Assembly: GCA_038148435.1 (NCBI GenBank)
Contig: JAYQVM010000002.1
Coordinates: 1 to 50,768, forward strand
Direction of reading: 5' to 3'
Source: Gammaproteobacteria bacterium
GTDB taxonomy: Bacteria; Pseudomonadota; Gammaproteobacteria; Pseudomonadales; Pseudohongiellaceae
Length of the DNA: 50,768 bases
Numbering within the stretch: the stretch's first letter is position 1; every line of letters starts with the position of its first letter. Shown in pieces: positions 50,520 through 50,768 of the stretch. Below the pieces are notes generated by a model. That model was not told the origin of the DNA. It saw only the letters and a program-made list of their open reading frames with translations, and searched no databases. The position numbers were made by a program, and so were the translations under genes.

Positions 50520-50768
50520 AGTGTTTTTTCTGCCCTTGTCTCTAAAAGGGCGCTAAGTATACGGTAAGACTAAATTTTTTATAGCTTTACATAAAAGAAT
50601 ATATAAGTAGAGTGTTTTATATAGTTAGTATTTATTCTAATGTTATTGTTGTTATTAGTAAGAGAAATTTTGTGGAAAACATAAAATTTTTAATTTAAAT
50701 CATAATCTTACGAATTTATATCTTTGTGGGAAGGCTGCCATTATCCTGCCTGTAACGCATGGATAGCC
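50520..50768. other. AT-rich non-coding region upstream of mnmG. It contains the mnmG promoter and is a possible oriC-proximal or DUE-like sequence, cut by the window edge
   Basis: AT content rises sharply from about 50560 to 50730. One 9-mer, TGTGGAAAA (50671-50679), fits the relaxed DnaA-box consensus TGTGNAWAA. No ORF. Confidence 0.35.

Noticed and set aside
50725-50749. Additional DnaA-box-like 9-mers (TGTGGGAAG at 50725-50733 and TTATCCTGC at 50741-50749)
   Set aside because: They carry 2 and 3 mismatches to TTWTNCACA, so they are not distinguishable from chance in AT-rich DNA. Only the box at 50671-50679 is kept.

Overview
This 50.8 kb window looks like an origin-proximal chromosomal segment of a gammaproteobacterium, with roughly mid-40s %GC by eye (not computed). 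Most of it is densely packed housekeeping genes in orders familiar from E. coli and Pseudomonas. One block runs rpmG-rpmB / coaBC-argB-slmA / pyrE-rph / yicC-gmk-rpoZ-spoT-recG. A second runs, on the minus strand, mnmG-rsmG-parA-parB-atpIBEFHAGDC-glmU-glmS and ends in an AT-rich region upstream of mnmG. Also present are ubiX, ubiA, uvrD, a cspA-family gene, an RpiR/HexR-like regulator, a DAACS symporter, and a TRAP transporter (Q, M, and a convergent P) with a YciA-type thioesterase. I saw no rRNA, tRNA, CRISPR array, transposase or integrase.

The stand-out region is 1042-5505 (possibly extending to 8558). It is a tightly coupled five-gene operon encoding:
- a small secreted protein;
- a MotA/TolQ/ExbB-type proton-channel protein;
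- a catalytically degenerate Hsp70-like protein with an FHA-like tail;
- two paralogous proteins that each combine an ExbD/TolR-like Asp-containing membrane anchor, a long coiled coil and a MIDAS-bearing vWA domain.

Two orphan lipoproteins and a lipoprotein M48 metalloprotease follow on the same strand. This architecture matches none of the characterised stator-driven systems I know (Tol-Pal, ExbBD-TonB, MotAB, Zorya, GldLM). I propose it as a candidate new ion-driven envelope machine.

A second oddity is an alpha/beta hydrolase gene translationally coupled to glmS. A single in-frame TAG interrupts it 12 codons before an intact GxSxG nucleophile elbow.

All calls come from reading the translated ORFs and the DNA by eye. 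No database searches were run.
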